64,000 bases of DNA from Odoribacter sp. UBA944 (lineage in GTDB: Bacteria > Bacteroidota > Bacteroidia > Bacteroidales > Marinifilaceae). How positions within the stretch are numbered: the first letter of the stretch is position 1; every line of letters starts with the position of its first letter. A program made the position numbers and the translations under genes. Under the pieces are notes generated by a model. The model ran no database searches and had not been told where the DNA came from. It saw nothing but the letters and a program-made list of their open reading frames with translations. The DNA lies in NCBI GenBank assembly GCA_002293375.1, contig DBDA01000021.1:26305-90304 (forward strand), in the 5' to 3' direction. Positions 1 through 10,038 of this stretch are shown one piece after another.

Positions 1-832
1 TCCCCTTCTCCCGGTACGCCTCGTCGTTAAACCACAAGTGGTGTACGACCGCCTCCCCCGTGATCCTTTTCTCCGGCCGGAAGGAGCCGTCCAACAACCC
101 GGTCTCTTCTGCCGTACTTAGGTGTAACAGGTGCAGCCGGCTTCCGAATTTTCGCGCTAAGGAGACGGCTAAGGAAGAACTTTTCAAACACGCTTCGCGG
201 CTCCGGATCTCCGGATGGCAGGTGGGAGGGATATCTTCACCGTAGCGCTCCTTGAAACGGGCCAGGTTGGCTTCAATGGTCGGATTGTCTTCGGAATGAG
301 TGGCAATCAGCAACGGTGACTCCGCAAAGATCCGTTCCAGGACGGGGAGTTGGTCCACCAGCATGTTCCCGGTGGAGGAACCCATAAACACCTTGATCCC
401 GCAAACCGTAGCAGCGTCGGCTCGTTTTATTTCGTCTAAGTTTTCGGAGGTTGCCCCTAAGTAAAACGAGTAGTTGACCAGCGAATTCCGGGCTGCAATC
501 TCCTGCTTCTCCTCCAACAGCCGGCGGGTAGTAGTCGGTGGATTGACGTTCGGCATATCCATAAACGACGTGACCCCGCCGGCTGCCGCCGCCCGGCTCC
601 CTTCCGCCATATCTCCCTTGTGGGTAAGCCCGGGTTCCCGAAAATGCACTTGGTCGTCAATCACCCCCGGAAGCACGTAACGCCCGGCAGCGGAAACCAC
701 CTGGCACCCGGCTGTCTCTTCTGGGGAGAACCGCTCTTTGATCGCTTCGATCCGGTCGTTTTCAATCAATACATCCGCTTGGAATACCCTCCCTTCATTG
801 ATCAGCGTTCCCCCTTTAATCCATGTCCTCAT
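1..832 (-). CDS. pyrC: dihydroorotase, N-terminal ~277 codons (the 3' end lies beyond the window start)
   Basis: Absent from the ORF track because there is no stop inside the window. Manual reverse-strand translation from the ATG at 832-830 gives MRTWIKGGTLINEGRVFQADVLIENDRIEAIKERFSPEETAGCQVVSAAGRYVLPGVIDDQVHFREPGLTHKGD... I checked the frame codon by codon over nt 2-661 and found no stop; the remainder up to the ATG was read by direct translation. 'VIDDQVHFREPG' is the metal-binding start typical of class I dihydroorotase and other cyclic amidohydrolases. Confidence 0.85.
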   Translation of the reverse strand, partial: MRTWIKGGTLINEGRVFQADVLIENDRIEAIKERFSPEETAGCQVVSAAGRYVLPGVIDDQVHFREPGLTHKGDMAEGSRAAAAGGVTSFMDMPNVNPPTTTRRLLEEKQEIAARNSLVNYSFYLGATSENLDEIKRADAATVCGIKVFMGSSTGNMLVDQLPVLERIFAESPLLIATHSEDNPTIEANLARFKERYGEDIPPTCHPEIRSREACLKSSSLAVSLARKFGSRLHLLHLSTAEETGLLDGSFRPEKRITGEAVVHHLWFNDEAYREKG

Positions 833-866
833 AACATCCCAACAACTAAACGTTACTAACTACACG

Positions 867-1595
867 CTACTGTTTGTATTTCCGGGTAAAGATACTCCCC
901 AGTTTCATGGCGATGACCCCGAAGATCGCCTCCGTAAAGATCCCTCCGCTCATTTTGGAGGTGCCCCGGGTGCGGTCTGTAAAGATGATCGGCACCTCCT
1001 CAATGCGGAAACCGCGCTGCCGGGCCGAGAATTTCATTTCGATCTGAAAAGCGTACCCCTTGAAGCGGATCCGGTCCAGGTCGATGGTTTCCAATACCTC
1101 TCTCCGGTAACAGACAAACCCGGCCGTTGTATCGTGCACCTTCATACCCGTGATCATCCGAACGTATTTGGAGGCGAAATAGGACATCAACACCCGGCCC
1201 ATCGGCCAATTTACCACATTCACCCCCGTCACGTACCGGGAACCGATCACCACATCGGCGCCCTCCCGGCACCTTTCAAAAAGCCGCACCAGGTCGTCGG
1301 GGTTGTGGGAGAAGTCGGCGTCCATTTCAAAAATGTATTGGTACCCCTTTTCCAGCGCCCAGCGGAAACCGGCAATGTAAGCCGTTCCAAGCCCCTGTTT
1401 CCCGGGCCGTTCCAGCATGTGCAATTGGGAAAATTCCGCCTGGAGCCCTCGGACGATCTCTCCCGTACCGTCGGGTGAATTGTCTTCGACGATCAACAGG
1501 TCAAATCCGGGCTTCAGGCCGGCGACGTAGCGGATCATCTGTTCGATATTCTCCTTTTCGTTATAAGTGGGGATGATAACAACTCTTTCGTTCAC
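867..1595 (-). CDS. GT2 glycosyltransferase, polyprenol/dolichol-phosphate mannosyltransferase-like
   Basis: 242 aa. 'VVIIPTYNEKENI', 'IVEDNSPDGT' and 'FEMDADFSH' are classic GT-A/GT2 motifs. The size and the C-terminal 'TDRTRGTSKMS' match Dpm1/Ppm1-like enzymes. Confidence 0.85.
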   Translation of the reverse strand: MNERVVIIPTYNEKENIEQMIRYVAGLKPGFDLLIVEDNSPDGTGEIVRGLQAEFSQLHMLERPGKQGLGTAYIAGFRWALEKGYQYIFEMDADFSHNPDDLVRLFERCREGADVVIGSRYVTGVNVVNWPMGRVLMSYFASKYVRMITGMKVHDTTAGFVCYRREVLETIDLDRIRFKGYAFQIEMKFSARQRGFRIEEVPIIFTDRTRGTSKMSGGIFTEAIFGVIAMKLGSIFTRKYKQ

Positions 1596-1604
1596 AATTT
1601 CCGG

Positions 1605-2894
1605 TTATAAGTAGTTCATAATTTGTTCCAGACGGTTCCCCCGGGATCCTTTCACCAAAATGCAGGCGTTCTCCGGCGTGTGTGCGCTGAGATACTCCGT
1701 CAGGGCCTCCGTATGCTCAAAATAACGTATAAAGGTACAGGTATTGCGGCAATGTTCAAAAGGATGCCCGACCAAGAGCGCCTCGTCGAACTTTTTTTGG
1801 GATAGCAGTGCAACGATCTCAGAATGAGCGATTTCACTTTCAGCACCCAACTCCTTCATCTCCCCCAGAATGACCATTTTGTGCGGAGCATTCAGTTCCG
1901 CAAAACTCTCCAATGCCGCCCGCATGCTGGCGGGGTTGGCGTTATAGGCGTCCAGGATCACCGTATTCCGTTCGGTTCGGACCAATTGGGAACGCATGTT
2001 GGAGGGTTGGTACGCCTCAATAGCGTCGCGGATCTCCAACGGGTCCATCCCGAAAAAAAGCCCCACAGCCGCCGCTCCCAGGACATTGGCGAAATTGTAA
2101 CCGCCTGTCAGCCTGGTTTTGATATAGAGATCTCCCTTTCCTGTTTTCAGGGAACATACGAAATACGGAACACTTTGTTTGATCTCTCCTTTGACATCCC
2201 CCTCCTTTTGTCCGTAGAGCGTCCGTTCAATCCCTTCGGACAGCTCCGTCAACAGCGGATCATCGGCAAAAACAAACAGCCGTCCCTTCCGGGCTGCCAC
2301 ATGATCGTACAACTCTTTTTTGGTGCGGACGATCTGTTCGTAACTCCCGAACCCTTCCAAGTGAGCCCGGCCGATGTTGGTGATCAGTCCGTAGTTGGGA
2401 TCGGCTATGCGGCAGAGAAACCGGATCTCTTCCGGGTGATTGGCCCCCATCTCCACGATGCCGAACTCTGTCCCTTCATCCATATTGAGCAACGTCAGGG
2501 GCACCCCGATGTGGTTGTTGAAATTTCCGGCCGTTGCCACAGTGCGGAAACGGCGGGAGAGCACAGCATGACACAACTCTTTGGTAGTTGTTTTTCCGTT
2601 GGTTCCCGTAATGCCGAGGATGGGGATGCCCAACCGTTGGCGGTGCAGTCTCGCTGTCTCCTGCAAACAACCCAGGACATCCTCCACCAAGATCATCCGG
2701 TTGTCCGTACGGTAAGCAGCTTCGTCGATCACCGCACAGGAGGCGCCATCCTTCAACGCCTGTTCTGCAAAGCGGTTGCCATTAAAGTTTTCCCCTTTTA
2801 ACGCGAAAAACACATCTCCGGGCGCAACACTGCGGGAATCCGTCGTTACCCGCTGGCCCTTGACATACCGCTCATACAAATTGATCACATCCAT
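1605..2894 (-). CDS. murF: UDP-N-acetylmuramoyl-tripeptide--D-alanyl-D-alanine ligase
   Basis: 429 aa. N-terminal 'VTTDSRSVAPGDVFFALKGENFNGNRFAEQA', Mur ligase P-loop 'GITGTNGKTTTKE' and 'DAYNANPASM'. Confidence 0.9.
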   Translation of the reverse strand: MDVINLYERYVKGQRVTTDSRSVAPGDVFFALKGENFNGNRFAEQALKDGASCAVIDEAAYRTDNRMILVEDVLGCLQETARLHRQRLGIPILGITGTNGKTTTKELCHAVLSRRFRTVATAGNFNNHIGVPLTLLNMDEGTEFGIVEMGANHPEEIRFLCRIADPNYGLITNIGRAHLEGFGSYEQIVRTKKELYDHVAARKGRLFVFADDPLLTELSEGIERTLYGQKEGDVKGEIKQSVPYFVCSLKTGKGDLYIKTRLTGGYNFANVLGAAAVGLFFGMDPLEIRDAIEAYQPSNMRSQLVRTERNTVILDAYNANPASMRAALESFAELNAPHKMVILGEMKELGAESEIAHSEIVALLSQKKFDEALLVGHPFEHCRNTCTFIRYFEHTEALTEYLSAHTPENACILVKGSRGNRLEQIMNYL

Positions 2895-2916
2895 CCGATC
2901 TTACTATCTTACGCTC

Positions 2917-2956
2917 TCAAAAACAAATAGAGGCACCCGGCAGGTAACCTCTATTT
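2917..2956 (-). terminator. putative rho-independent terminator downstream of gldJ
   Basis: 9-bp stem aaatagagg (2925-2933) / cctctattt (2948-2956) with a 14-nt loop. On the minus strand it is followed by a T-run (A-run 2919-2923 on plus). It lies 24 nt after the gldJ stop. Confidence 0.5.
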
Positions 2957-2979
2957 ACACGATTCCAACATTATCTTTT

Positions 2980-4491
2980 TTATTTTCTGCCCGGATCCGG
3001 CCCGATGTGGCTCATGGCGCACCGGAACCCAATATCATTGGTGGATTTTTTCTGGTTCAGATACCTTCTGGCGCTCGGAGTGAGCCAGTAAGCCCGGTCT
3101 CTGAACGAACCGCCCTTGTACACCCGGGACTCGTCATCGATCAGCGTCGTGGTCTCCTCTTTGGTCTGGTAGTACATATCCGATGTCCCGGCATCCCCCT
3201 CTGTAGACTGCCAATTGATATCATTGGAGATACGGGATTGCAGGTCACCGTCGTTGAAGTTCCGGTTGTCTGCTGTCCGGTAGTTTTCGCGGGTGGCCAA
3301 TTCCGCATCGGTTTGCAGCCGGTTCCGCATACGTCCCAGGCTGTCTTTCTGGGCTAAATTTCCCTCTTCGTCCAGCAGCGGAGTGGTAAACATGTTTCCG
3401 CGAAACGGATTGTACGCCGCTATGTCCTGAAACGACAGCGGACGGTATACATCGGCCACCCATTCGTTGACATTCCCAGCCATATCATACAGCCCGTAAT
3501 CGTTGGGATAGAAAGACATGACCGGGGCGGTAAAGATATAGCCGTCGTTCGGATCTCCGGCCACACCGCTGAAATCCCCTTCGCCTCTGGCAAAGTTGGC
3601 CATCATGCGTCCCCGATTCTTCTTTTCCGCGTACCGCACCCAAGAACCGTCCCAAGGATAGATGCGGGAGTTTCCGATCCGTTCGTCCTCGGTATTCCCG
3701 ACCAGTGCGAAGGCTGCGTATTCCCACTCTGCTTCCGTAGGCAGGCGGTAGGCCGGCAGGAGGATCCCATCCTCTGCTCTTACAGGCCGCCTGTCTCCAC
3801 CCATTCCCTTGTAATTATTTTTAACACTTCCGGCATATTGCCCGGCCAAATATGCCTCCGTATTGAAGTTGTTTTCGTCGGCCTGATTCGTCGGATCGTG
3901 GGCCAACACATTTTTGTCGATCAGGATCTGTTCGTTCACCCGGTCCGTCCGCCAGATGCAATATTCGGTTGCCTGTTCCCAACTGACCCCGACAACGGGG
4001 TATTCGGCAAAATTCGGGTCGCGGAGGTAGTTGGTAACATACGGTTCGTTGTAAGCCATCTGGTTACGCCAAACCAAGGTATCCGGTAACGCCTTCTCGT
4101 AAACCTCCGGGAAACTGACAAAAACCCGTTTCAGGTAACCGAGGTATTCCAACCAGTCAATATTGCATACCTCGTGTTCGTCAATATAGAAAGAAGAGAG
4201 GCTAACCCTGCGGGGAATGTTGTTCCAATCCTTCATGACATCTTCCTGGGTCTGTCCTAAAATAAACGTTCCTCCCGGAATAAAAACAAGTCCCGGCCCT
4301 GCTTTCTGCCCCTTCACCTTTTTGTACTCAATCCCGCCGTTCTTCTTGTCGTTGTAAGCCCAGCCCGTAGTGGAAGATTTTTTGCCTCCTCCAAACACAC
4401 CTCCGAACAGGCTCTTCACTTTCTGGCACGACGTGGCTGAAAAAAGCAACATGCAACACAATCCCCAAGCAATGATCTGATGTTTTCTCAT
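2980..4491 (-). CDS. gldJ: gliding-motility/T9SS-associated lipoprotein GldJ (FGE-sulfatase fold)
   Basis: 503 aa. Lipoprotein signal 'LLFSATSC'. Uninterrupted FGE-sulfatase/SUMF1 motifs: 'GLVFIPGGTFILG', 'YRLPTEAEWEYAA', 'YGLYDMAGNVNEWV', 'KGGSFRD' and 'IGFRCA'. It is a stand-alone gene, not in a gldKLMN-like operon. The N-terminus 'TGWAYNDKKNGGIEY' is as in GldJ. Confidence 0.8.
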   Translation of the reverse strand: MRKHQIIAWGLCCMLLFSATSCQKVKSLFGGVFGGGKKSSTTGWAYNDKKNGGIEYKKVKGQKAGPGLVFIPGGTFILGQTQEDVMKDWNNIPRRVSLSSFYIDEHEVCNIDWLEYLGYLKRVFVSFPEVYEKALPDTLVWRNQMAYNEPYVTNYLRDPNFAEYPVVGVSWEQATEYCIWRTDRVNEQILIDKNVLAHDPTNQADENNFNTEAYLAGQYAGSVKNNYKGMGGDRRPVRAEDGILLPAYRLPTEAEWEYAAFALVGNTEDERIGNSRIYPWDGSWVRYAEKKNRGRMMANFARGEGDFSGVAGDPNDGYIFTAPVMSFYPNDYGLYDMAGNVNEWVADVYRPLSFQDIAAYNPFRGNMFTTPLLDEEGNLAQKDSLGRMRNRLQTDAELATRENYRTADNRNFNDGDLQSRISNDINWQSTEGDAGTSDMYYQTKEETTTLIDDESRVYKGGSFRDRAYWLTPSARRYLNQKKSTNDIGFRCAMSHIGPDPGRK

Positions 4492-4679
4492 GAGTATAGT
4501 TTTGTCATTTTATGATAACCGACCGATTTAAACGAACATAAATCTAATCCACAAATATACGCACTTTAATAGATTTCTGAAAAAAACTGCCACATTTTTT
4601 CAGAAAACCACCCGACAACCTTGATATTGACACTTTTGTTTTCTATTTTGTAACCCATAAAAAAACGCACACAGTTGAT

Positions 4680-5159
4680 ATGAAAATCAGAACAGGGATC
4701 GGATTTGATGTACACCGGCTGGCAGAAGGGCTGGAACTATGGATCGGAGGGATCCGGATCGAACACGAAAAAGGGAGTGTGGCGCACTCCGACGGGGACG
4801 TACTCATCCACGCCATTTGCGATGCATTGCTTGGTGCGGCCGGTCTCCGGGACATCGGCTACCACTTCCCGGACACTTCCGGGGAGTACAAGGGGATCGA
4901 CAGCAAGATTCTGCTCCGGAAGACAGCCGACCTGCTGCAGGCAGAAGGGTATGCGATCGGAAATGTGGACAGCGTGATCTCTATGGAGCGCCCCAAACTG
5001 AAAGCATACATTCCGGAGATACGACAATGCCTGTCGGCAATACTGGGCTTGGAACCCGGAGACCTATCCGTCAAAGCCACCACCACCGAAACCTTGGGAT
5101 TCGAAGGCCGGGAAGAAGGCGTGTCGGCCTATGCCACTGTTTTGATATACAAAGAATAG
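4680..5159 (+). CDS. ispF: 2-C-methyl-D-erythritol 2,4-cyclodiphosphate synthase
   Basis: 159 aa. 'IGFDVHRL', 'GHSDGDVLIHAICDALLGA' and 'DSVISMERPKL' are the IspF zinc and substrate motifs. Confidence 0.95.
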   Translation: MKIRTGIGFDVHRLAEGLELWIGGIRIEHEKGSVAHSDGDVLIHAICDALLGAAGLRDIGYHFPDTSGEYKGIDSKILLRKTADLLQAEGYAIGNVDSVISMERPKLKAYIPEIRQCLSAILGLEPGDLSVKATTTETLGFEGREEGVSAYATVLIYKE

Positions 5160-5160
5160 A

Positions 5161-5192
5161 GAGAGCCGGGAGTTGCATTGCTCCCGGCTCTC
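5161..5192. terminator. bidirectional hairpin terminator between convergent ispF and lpd
   Basis: Perfect 12-bp GC-rich stem gagagccgggag / ctcccggctctc with an 8-nt loop. It is followed by 'ggtttta' and sits between the two stop codons (5157-5159 and 5197-5199). Confidence 0.7.
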
Positions 5193-5196
5193 GGTT

Positions 5197-6588
5197 TTAT
5201 AAGTGTACTGCCTCCCCGTACGCTGCTGCCGCCGCTTCCACAACAGCTTCGTTCATGGTGGGGTGCGGGTGTATGGTTTTGATCAAGGCATGACCAGTTA
5301 CGCCTGCTTTCCGGGCCAACACCAACTCGGCGATCATCTCCGTCACATTAGCCCCGACCAAATGGGCGCCCAACAGCGTACCGGCTTTGGCATCAAAGAT
5401 CAGTTTAACAAACCCGTCCGTAGCGCCGGCAGCACTGGCTTTTCCGGAGGCAGTGAAAGGAAATTTGCCGACCTTCAACTCAAATCCTGCTTCTAGGGCT
5501 TTCTCTTCGGTCAGACCAACGGAGGCCACTTCCGGGGTCGTATAAGTACAGCCTGGAATATTGCCGTAATCGATCGGTTCCGGCTCCAGGCCCGCCATCT
5601 TCTCCACGCAGCAGAGAGCCTCCGCCGAAGCAACGTGCGCCAGCGCCTGTCCGTGTACAATGTCGCCGATGGCGTATACCCCGGCCACATTCGTGCGGTA
5701 AAAAGCATCCACTTTGATCCGGCCGTTCTCCACGGCGATCCCGGCCTCCTCCAGACCAATGTTTTCGATGTTGGGCATAATCCCTGCCGCGGAGAGGACG
5801 ATTTCCGCCTCCCGTGTCTCGATCTCCCCCTTTTTGTTGCGGATGTTGACCTTCAACAGATCGTCCGCTTCTTCTACGCTCTCTACGGAAGATTTGACCA
5901 ACACCTCGATCCCCGCCTTTTTAAAAGAGCGCCCCATCTGTTTGGAAACCTCCTCGTCCTCCACCGGCAATACATTGGGCATAAACTCCACCAGCGTCAC
6001 CTGCGTACCCACAGCATTATAGAACCAGGCCAATTCCGACCCGATAGCCCCGGAGCCCACCACCAGCATAGAGGCCGGTTTCCGCTCCAGCGTCAGCGCC
6101 TGCCGGTAGCCGATGATCCGCTTGCCGTCCTGCGGAATAGCGGGCAACTGCCGGGAACGGGCGCCGGTGGCCAAAATAATATGCGTCGCTTCGTATTGCG
6201 TCTTCGTTCCATCACCGGCAGTCACCTCCACCTGTTTGCCGGCAGTTACTTTGCCGTGCCCTTCGATGAGGGAGATGTTGTTCTTTTTGAAGAGGTATCG
6301 AATCCCTTTGCTCATCTTGTCGGCAACTCCCCGGCTCCGGGCGATGATCGCGCTGAAATCGGCTTCCGCGCCGGCAAGTTTGACGCCGTACTCCTCTGCG
6401 TGACGGGCGTATTCCAATACCTGTGCGGATTTCAGGAGGGATTTGGTGGGAATACAACCCCAATTCAGGCAGATCCCCCCCAGTTCTGCTTTTTCCACAA
6501 CGGCAACGTTCATGCCGAGTTGCGAAGCGCGAATGGCGGCTACATATCCGCCGGGCCCGCTTCCGATAACAATCAGGTCGTACTTCAT
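5197..6588 (-). CDS. lpdA: dihydrolipoyl dehydrogenase
   Basis: The ORF track gives 5197..6657. I place the start at 'MKYDLIVIGSGPGGY' (FAD GxGxxG). Redox-active 'GGICLNWGCIPTK' and C-terminal 'HPHPTMNE' interface motif. Confidence 0.9.
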   Translation of the reverse strand: MKYDLIVIGSGPGGYVAAIRASQLGMNVAVVEKAELGGICLNWGCIPTKSLLKSAQVLEYARHAEEYGVKLAGAEADFSAIIARSRGVADKMSKGIRYLFKKNNISLIEGHGKVTAGKQVEVTAGDGTKTQYEATHIILATGARSRQLPAIPQDGKRIIGYRQALTLERKPASMLVVGSGAIGSELAWFYNAVGTQVTLVEFMPNVLPVEDEEVSKQMGRSFKKAGIEVLVKSSVESVEEADDLLKVNIRNKKGEIETREAEIVLSAAGIMPNIENIGLEEAGIAVENGRIKVDAFYRTNVAGVYAIGDIVHGQALAHVASAEALCCVEKMAGLEPEPIDYGNIPGCTYTTPEVASVGLTEEKALEAGFELKVGKFPFTASGKASAAGATDGFVKLIFDAKAGTLLGAHLVGANVTEMIAELVLARKAGVTGHALIKTIHPHPTMNEAVVEAAAAAYGEAVHL

Positions 6589-6775
6589 AATCTTTTCTGT
6601 TTTTAATAGGTGCTCCGATGCGGAGACAAAACTAACAAAACAAAAAAGATAATCCAATCGAAGCGTCTGTTTAAAATATCCTGTTGCTGAAAAAGAAAAA
6701 AAAAGATACCTTTACGAACCTTGAGAAAGGTTAACAGACTCGGAATACATGACGTAATTTAAACCTGAATAAACG

Positions 6776-9700
6776 ATGAATCTATTGAAAATTTTAGGAA
6801 TGGTTGCAGTAGCGGCGGCGACGCTGTGCGCCACGGCACAGGAACATGCCTTGTGGATGCGGGATCCGGTCATCTCCCCGGACGGTAAAACCATCGCTTT
6901 TTCCTACAAAGGGGACATTTACACCGTTGGTCGCGAAGGAGGCCGGGCGGTCCAACTGACAACACACGCCGCATACGACGCCTACCCGGTCTGGGCGCCG
7001 GACGGTAAAACCCTCGCGTTCGCTTCCGACCGGGAGGGGAGTTTGGATGTGTACACCCTGCCCGTACAGGGCGGAGCGCCGTTCCGCTTGACAAACAACT
7101 CTGCGGGAGAGGTCCCGGAAACCTTTACGCCGGACGGTAAAACAGTACTGTTCCGGGCCGGATATATGCCGGACGTCAACTACTCCCGTTTCCCTTCGGG
7201 CGCACAAATATACAGCGTAGGCGTACAAGGCGGCCGGCCGGAACTCTTCCTGACCGTTTCGGCATTTGACATCCAATTCGACAAATCCGGAAACCGCATC
7301 ATATACCACGACAGGAAAGGGTACGAAGACAACTGGCGGAAACACCACACCTCTTCCGTCACCCGCGACATCTGGCTGTACGACCTGAAAACAAAAAACT
7401 TTACCAACCTGACGGCCAAAGAGGTAGAAGACCGGAACCCGGTATTCTCCGGCGACGAAAAGAGCCTCTATTTCCTGAGCGAACGTTTCGGAGATTTCAA
7501 CATCTGCAAATTGGAGTTGAGCAACCCCACAGCGGTGACGCAGATTACCAAACACACCAAACACCCGGTTCGTTTCCTGACCATCGCAACCGACGGCACA
7601 CTCTGTTACTCCTTTAACGGGGAGATCTACACCGTACAGGAGGGGCAGCAGCCCCGAAAAGTCGAAGTAACCGTTGTTTCCGACCGGATCGAGCAGCAGG
7701 TGCAGCAATTGACCACCAACGGAGGGGCCCGGGAAATGGCGCTCTCGCCCAACAACAAGGAGATTGCGTTTATCTACCGCGGGGACGTTTTCGTGACCTC
7801 CGTCGAATACGAAACCACCCGGCGCATCACCAATACGCCGGAACAGGAGCGTTCCGTGGAATTTTCTCCGGACGGGAAAACATTGGCCTATGCGTCCGAA
7901 CGCAACGGCGGTTGGAACATCTACACCACCAAACTGACAGACAGCACTGATAAACTGTTCGTATACGCTAAAGAGTTGAAAGAAGAGCAGATCACCGCGG
8001 AAAAAAGCGCTTGCTTTCAACCCGCCTTCTCTCCGGACGGCAAAGAGATTGCCTTCCTGCAAAACAGAACAGAATTGAAAGTAATCGAGCTGAAAAGCAA
8101 AAAGATCCGGACGGTTTTAGAAGGAAAATACAACTACTCCTACTCCGACGGCGACCAATGGTACGAGTGGTCGCCGGACGGTAAATGGTTTCTGGTCAGC
8201 TATTTTGAAAAAGGCGGTTGGCAGAACGAAGATGTCGGTTTGGTGAAAGCCGACGGAAGCGGGGAGATTCACAACCTGACCAACAGCGGCTATGTCGAAC
8301 GGACTCCCCGGTGGATGATGGACGGCAAAGCGATCATCTGGACGTCCGACCGGGCCGGATTCCGCAGCCACGGCAGTTGGGGATCCTACTACGATGTCTA
8401 CGCATTCTTCCTCGATCCGGAAGCGTGGGACGAATTCCGACTGAACAAAGAGGAGGCGGCCCTGGCCAAGGAGCAGAAAGAGTTGGAAAAAAAACAGGGT
8501 TCCTCCGGGAAAGCGGACAAAAAAGACGACAAGAAAAAAGAGGCGAGCAAATTGCCGGAGTTGAAAATGGACCTGGTCAATATAGAGGACCGTACCACCC
8601 GACTCACCATTAACTCCTCTAATCTGGGGGCCGCAGTCCTGACAAAAGATGCCTCCAAACTCTATTATCTGGCCCGCTTTGAAAGCGGTTTCGACCTGTG
8701 GGTACGTGACTTCAAAGAAGGTTCCACCAAAATACTCGCCAAGTTGAACAAGGGGGGAGGGGCGTTGGAGATGGACAAAGAGGGAAAAAACCTCTACTTG
8801 TTGTCCGGCGGCCAGATCTCCAAGATCGACGTCGGCAGTGGAAAAACCACCTCTGTTTCATACAGAGCCGAAATGGAACTAAAAAAACCGCAGGAGCGGG
8901 AGTATATTTTCAATCATACTTGGCAACAGGTGGCGGATAAATTTTATGATCCGACCTTGCACAGCGTAGACTGGGATTTCTACAAAAAAGAGTACGCACG
9001 TTTTTTACCCCACATCACCAACAACTACGATTTCGCCGATTTACTGGGTGAGTTATTGGGAGAGTTGAACGCTTCCCACACCGGGGCCCGGTACGGTGCG
9101 CCGAATTCGGCCCGACAGACGGCGGTATTGGGCGCTTTTTACGACGACACCCACAAAGAGGATGGATTGTTGATCAAGGAGGTGTTGGAAAAGGGGCCGC
9201 TGACAGCTTCCAAAACCAGGATCAAGGCCGGGGTCATCATCGAAAAGATCAACAACGAACCGATCCGGGCCGGTGAGAATTATTTTCCCTTGCTGGCCGG
9301 GCAGGCCGGAAAACGGGTCTATCTGTCGTTGTACGATCCGCAGACCAAAGAGCGCTGGAGTGAATACGTAAAACCAATTGCTTTGGGCGTGCAGAACAGC
9401 TTGCTGTACGAGAGATGGGTAAAAGAGAAGCGGGAGTTGACAGATCGCCTGTCCGGCGGGAAAATCGGCTACGTACACATCAGGGGCATGGACAGCGAAA
9501 GCTTCCGGAAAATCTACTCTGATATTTTCGGGCGGTTCCGGAACAAAGAAGCGATCATCCTGGATACCCGTTCCAACGGGGGAGGCTGGTTGCATGAAGA
9601 CCTGGCCATCCTGCTGAGCGGGAAAAAATTTGCCGAATTTGTCCCCCGTGGGCAGTACATCGGGCAGGATCCGTTCAATCAGTGGACCAAACCCTCCGCC

Positions 9701-10012
9701 GTGATCATGGGAGAGGACAATTACAGCAATGCGCACGGCTTCCCGTGGGTATACAAAGAGTTGGGGATCGGAAAATTAGTCGGCATGCCGGTTCCGGGCA
9801 CCATGACGGCTGTCTGGTGGGAAAGCCAGCAGGATCCCTCGTTGGTGTTTGGGATTCCCGAAGTGGGCATGAAGGACAACCAAGGGCGTTATCTGGAAAA
9901 TCTCCAACTGGAACCGGACGTGCGGGTAGAGAACGACCCGGCTTCCGAAATCCGCGGAGAGGACAAACAGATTGAGGAGACCGTGAAACTTTTATTGAAA
10001 GAGATCGAATAA
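6776..10012 (+). CDS. tricorn-like S41 family peptidase with TolB-like beta-propellers
   Basis: 1078 aa with a signal peptide. Repeated 'SPDGKTIAF...GDIY' TolB/WD40-like blades. The C-terminal 'LDTRSNGGGW' S41 catalytic region follows a PDZ-like segment. Confidence 0.85.
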   Translation: MNLLKILGMVAVAAATLCATAQEHALWMRDPVISPDGKTIAFSYKGDIYTVGREGGRAVQLTTHAAYDAYPVWAPDGKTLAFASDREGSLDVYTLPVQGGAPFRLTNNSAGEVPETFTPDGKTVLFRAGYMPDVNYSRFPSGAQIYSVGVQGGRPELFLTVSAFDIQFDKSGNRIIYHDRKGYEDNWRKHHTSSVTRDIWLYDLKTKNFTNLTAKEVEDRNPVFSGDEKSLYFLSERFGDFNICKLELSNPTAVTQITKHTKHPVRFLTIATDGTLCYSFNGEIYTVQEGQQPRKVEVTVVSDRIEQQVQQLTTNGGAREMALSPNNKEIAFIYRGDVFVTSVEYETTRRITNTPEQERSVEFSPDGKTLAYASERNGGWNIYTTKLTDSTDKLFVYAKELKEEQITAEKSACFQPAFSPDGKEIAFLQNRTELKVIELKSKKIRTVLEGKYNYSYSDGDQWYEWSPDGKWFLVSYFEKGGWQNEDVGLVKADGSGEIHNLTNSGYVERTPRWMMDGKAIIWTSDRAGFRSHGSWGSYYDVYAFFLDPEAWDEFRLNKEEAALAKEQKELEKKQGSSGKADKKDDKKKEASKLPELKMDLVNIEDRTTRLTINSSNLGAAVLTKDASKLYYLARFESGFDLWVRDFKEGSTKILAKLNKGGGALEMDKEGKNLYLLSGGQISKIDVGSGKTTSVSYRAEMELKKPQEREYIFNHTWQQVADKFYDPTLHSVDWDFYKKEYARFLPHITNNYDFADLLGELLGELNASHTGARYGAPNSARQTAVLGAFYDDTHKEDGLLIKEVLEKGPLTASKTRIKAGVIIEKINNEPIRAGENYFPLLAGQAGKRVYLSLYDPQTKERWSEYVKPIALGVQNSLLYERWVKEKRELTDRLSGGKIGYVHIRGMDSESFRKIYSDIFGRFRNKEAIILDTRSNGGGWLHEDLAILLSGKKFAEFVPRGQYIGQDPFNQWTKPSAVIMGEDNYSNAHGFPWVYKELGIGKLVGMPVPGTMTAVWWESQQDPSLVFGIPEVGMKDNQGRYLENLQLEPDVRVENDPASEIRGEDKQIEETVKLLLKEIE

Positions 10013-10038
10013 TCCGGAAGACAGATGATTTTAAATAG

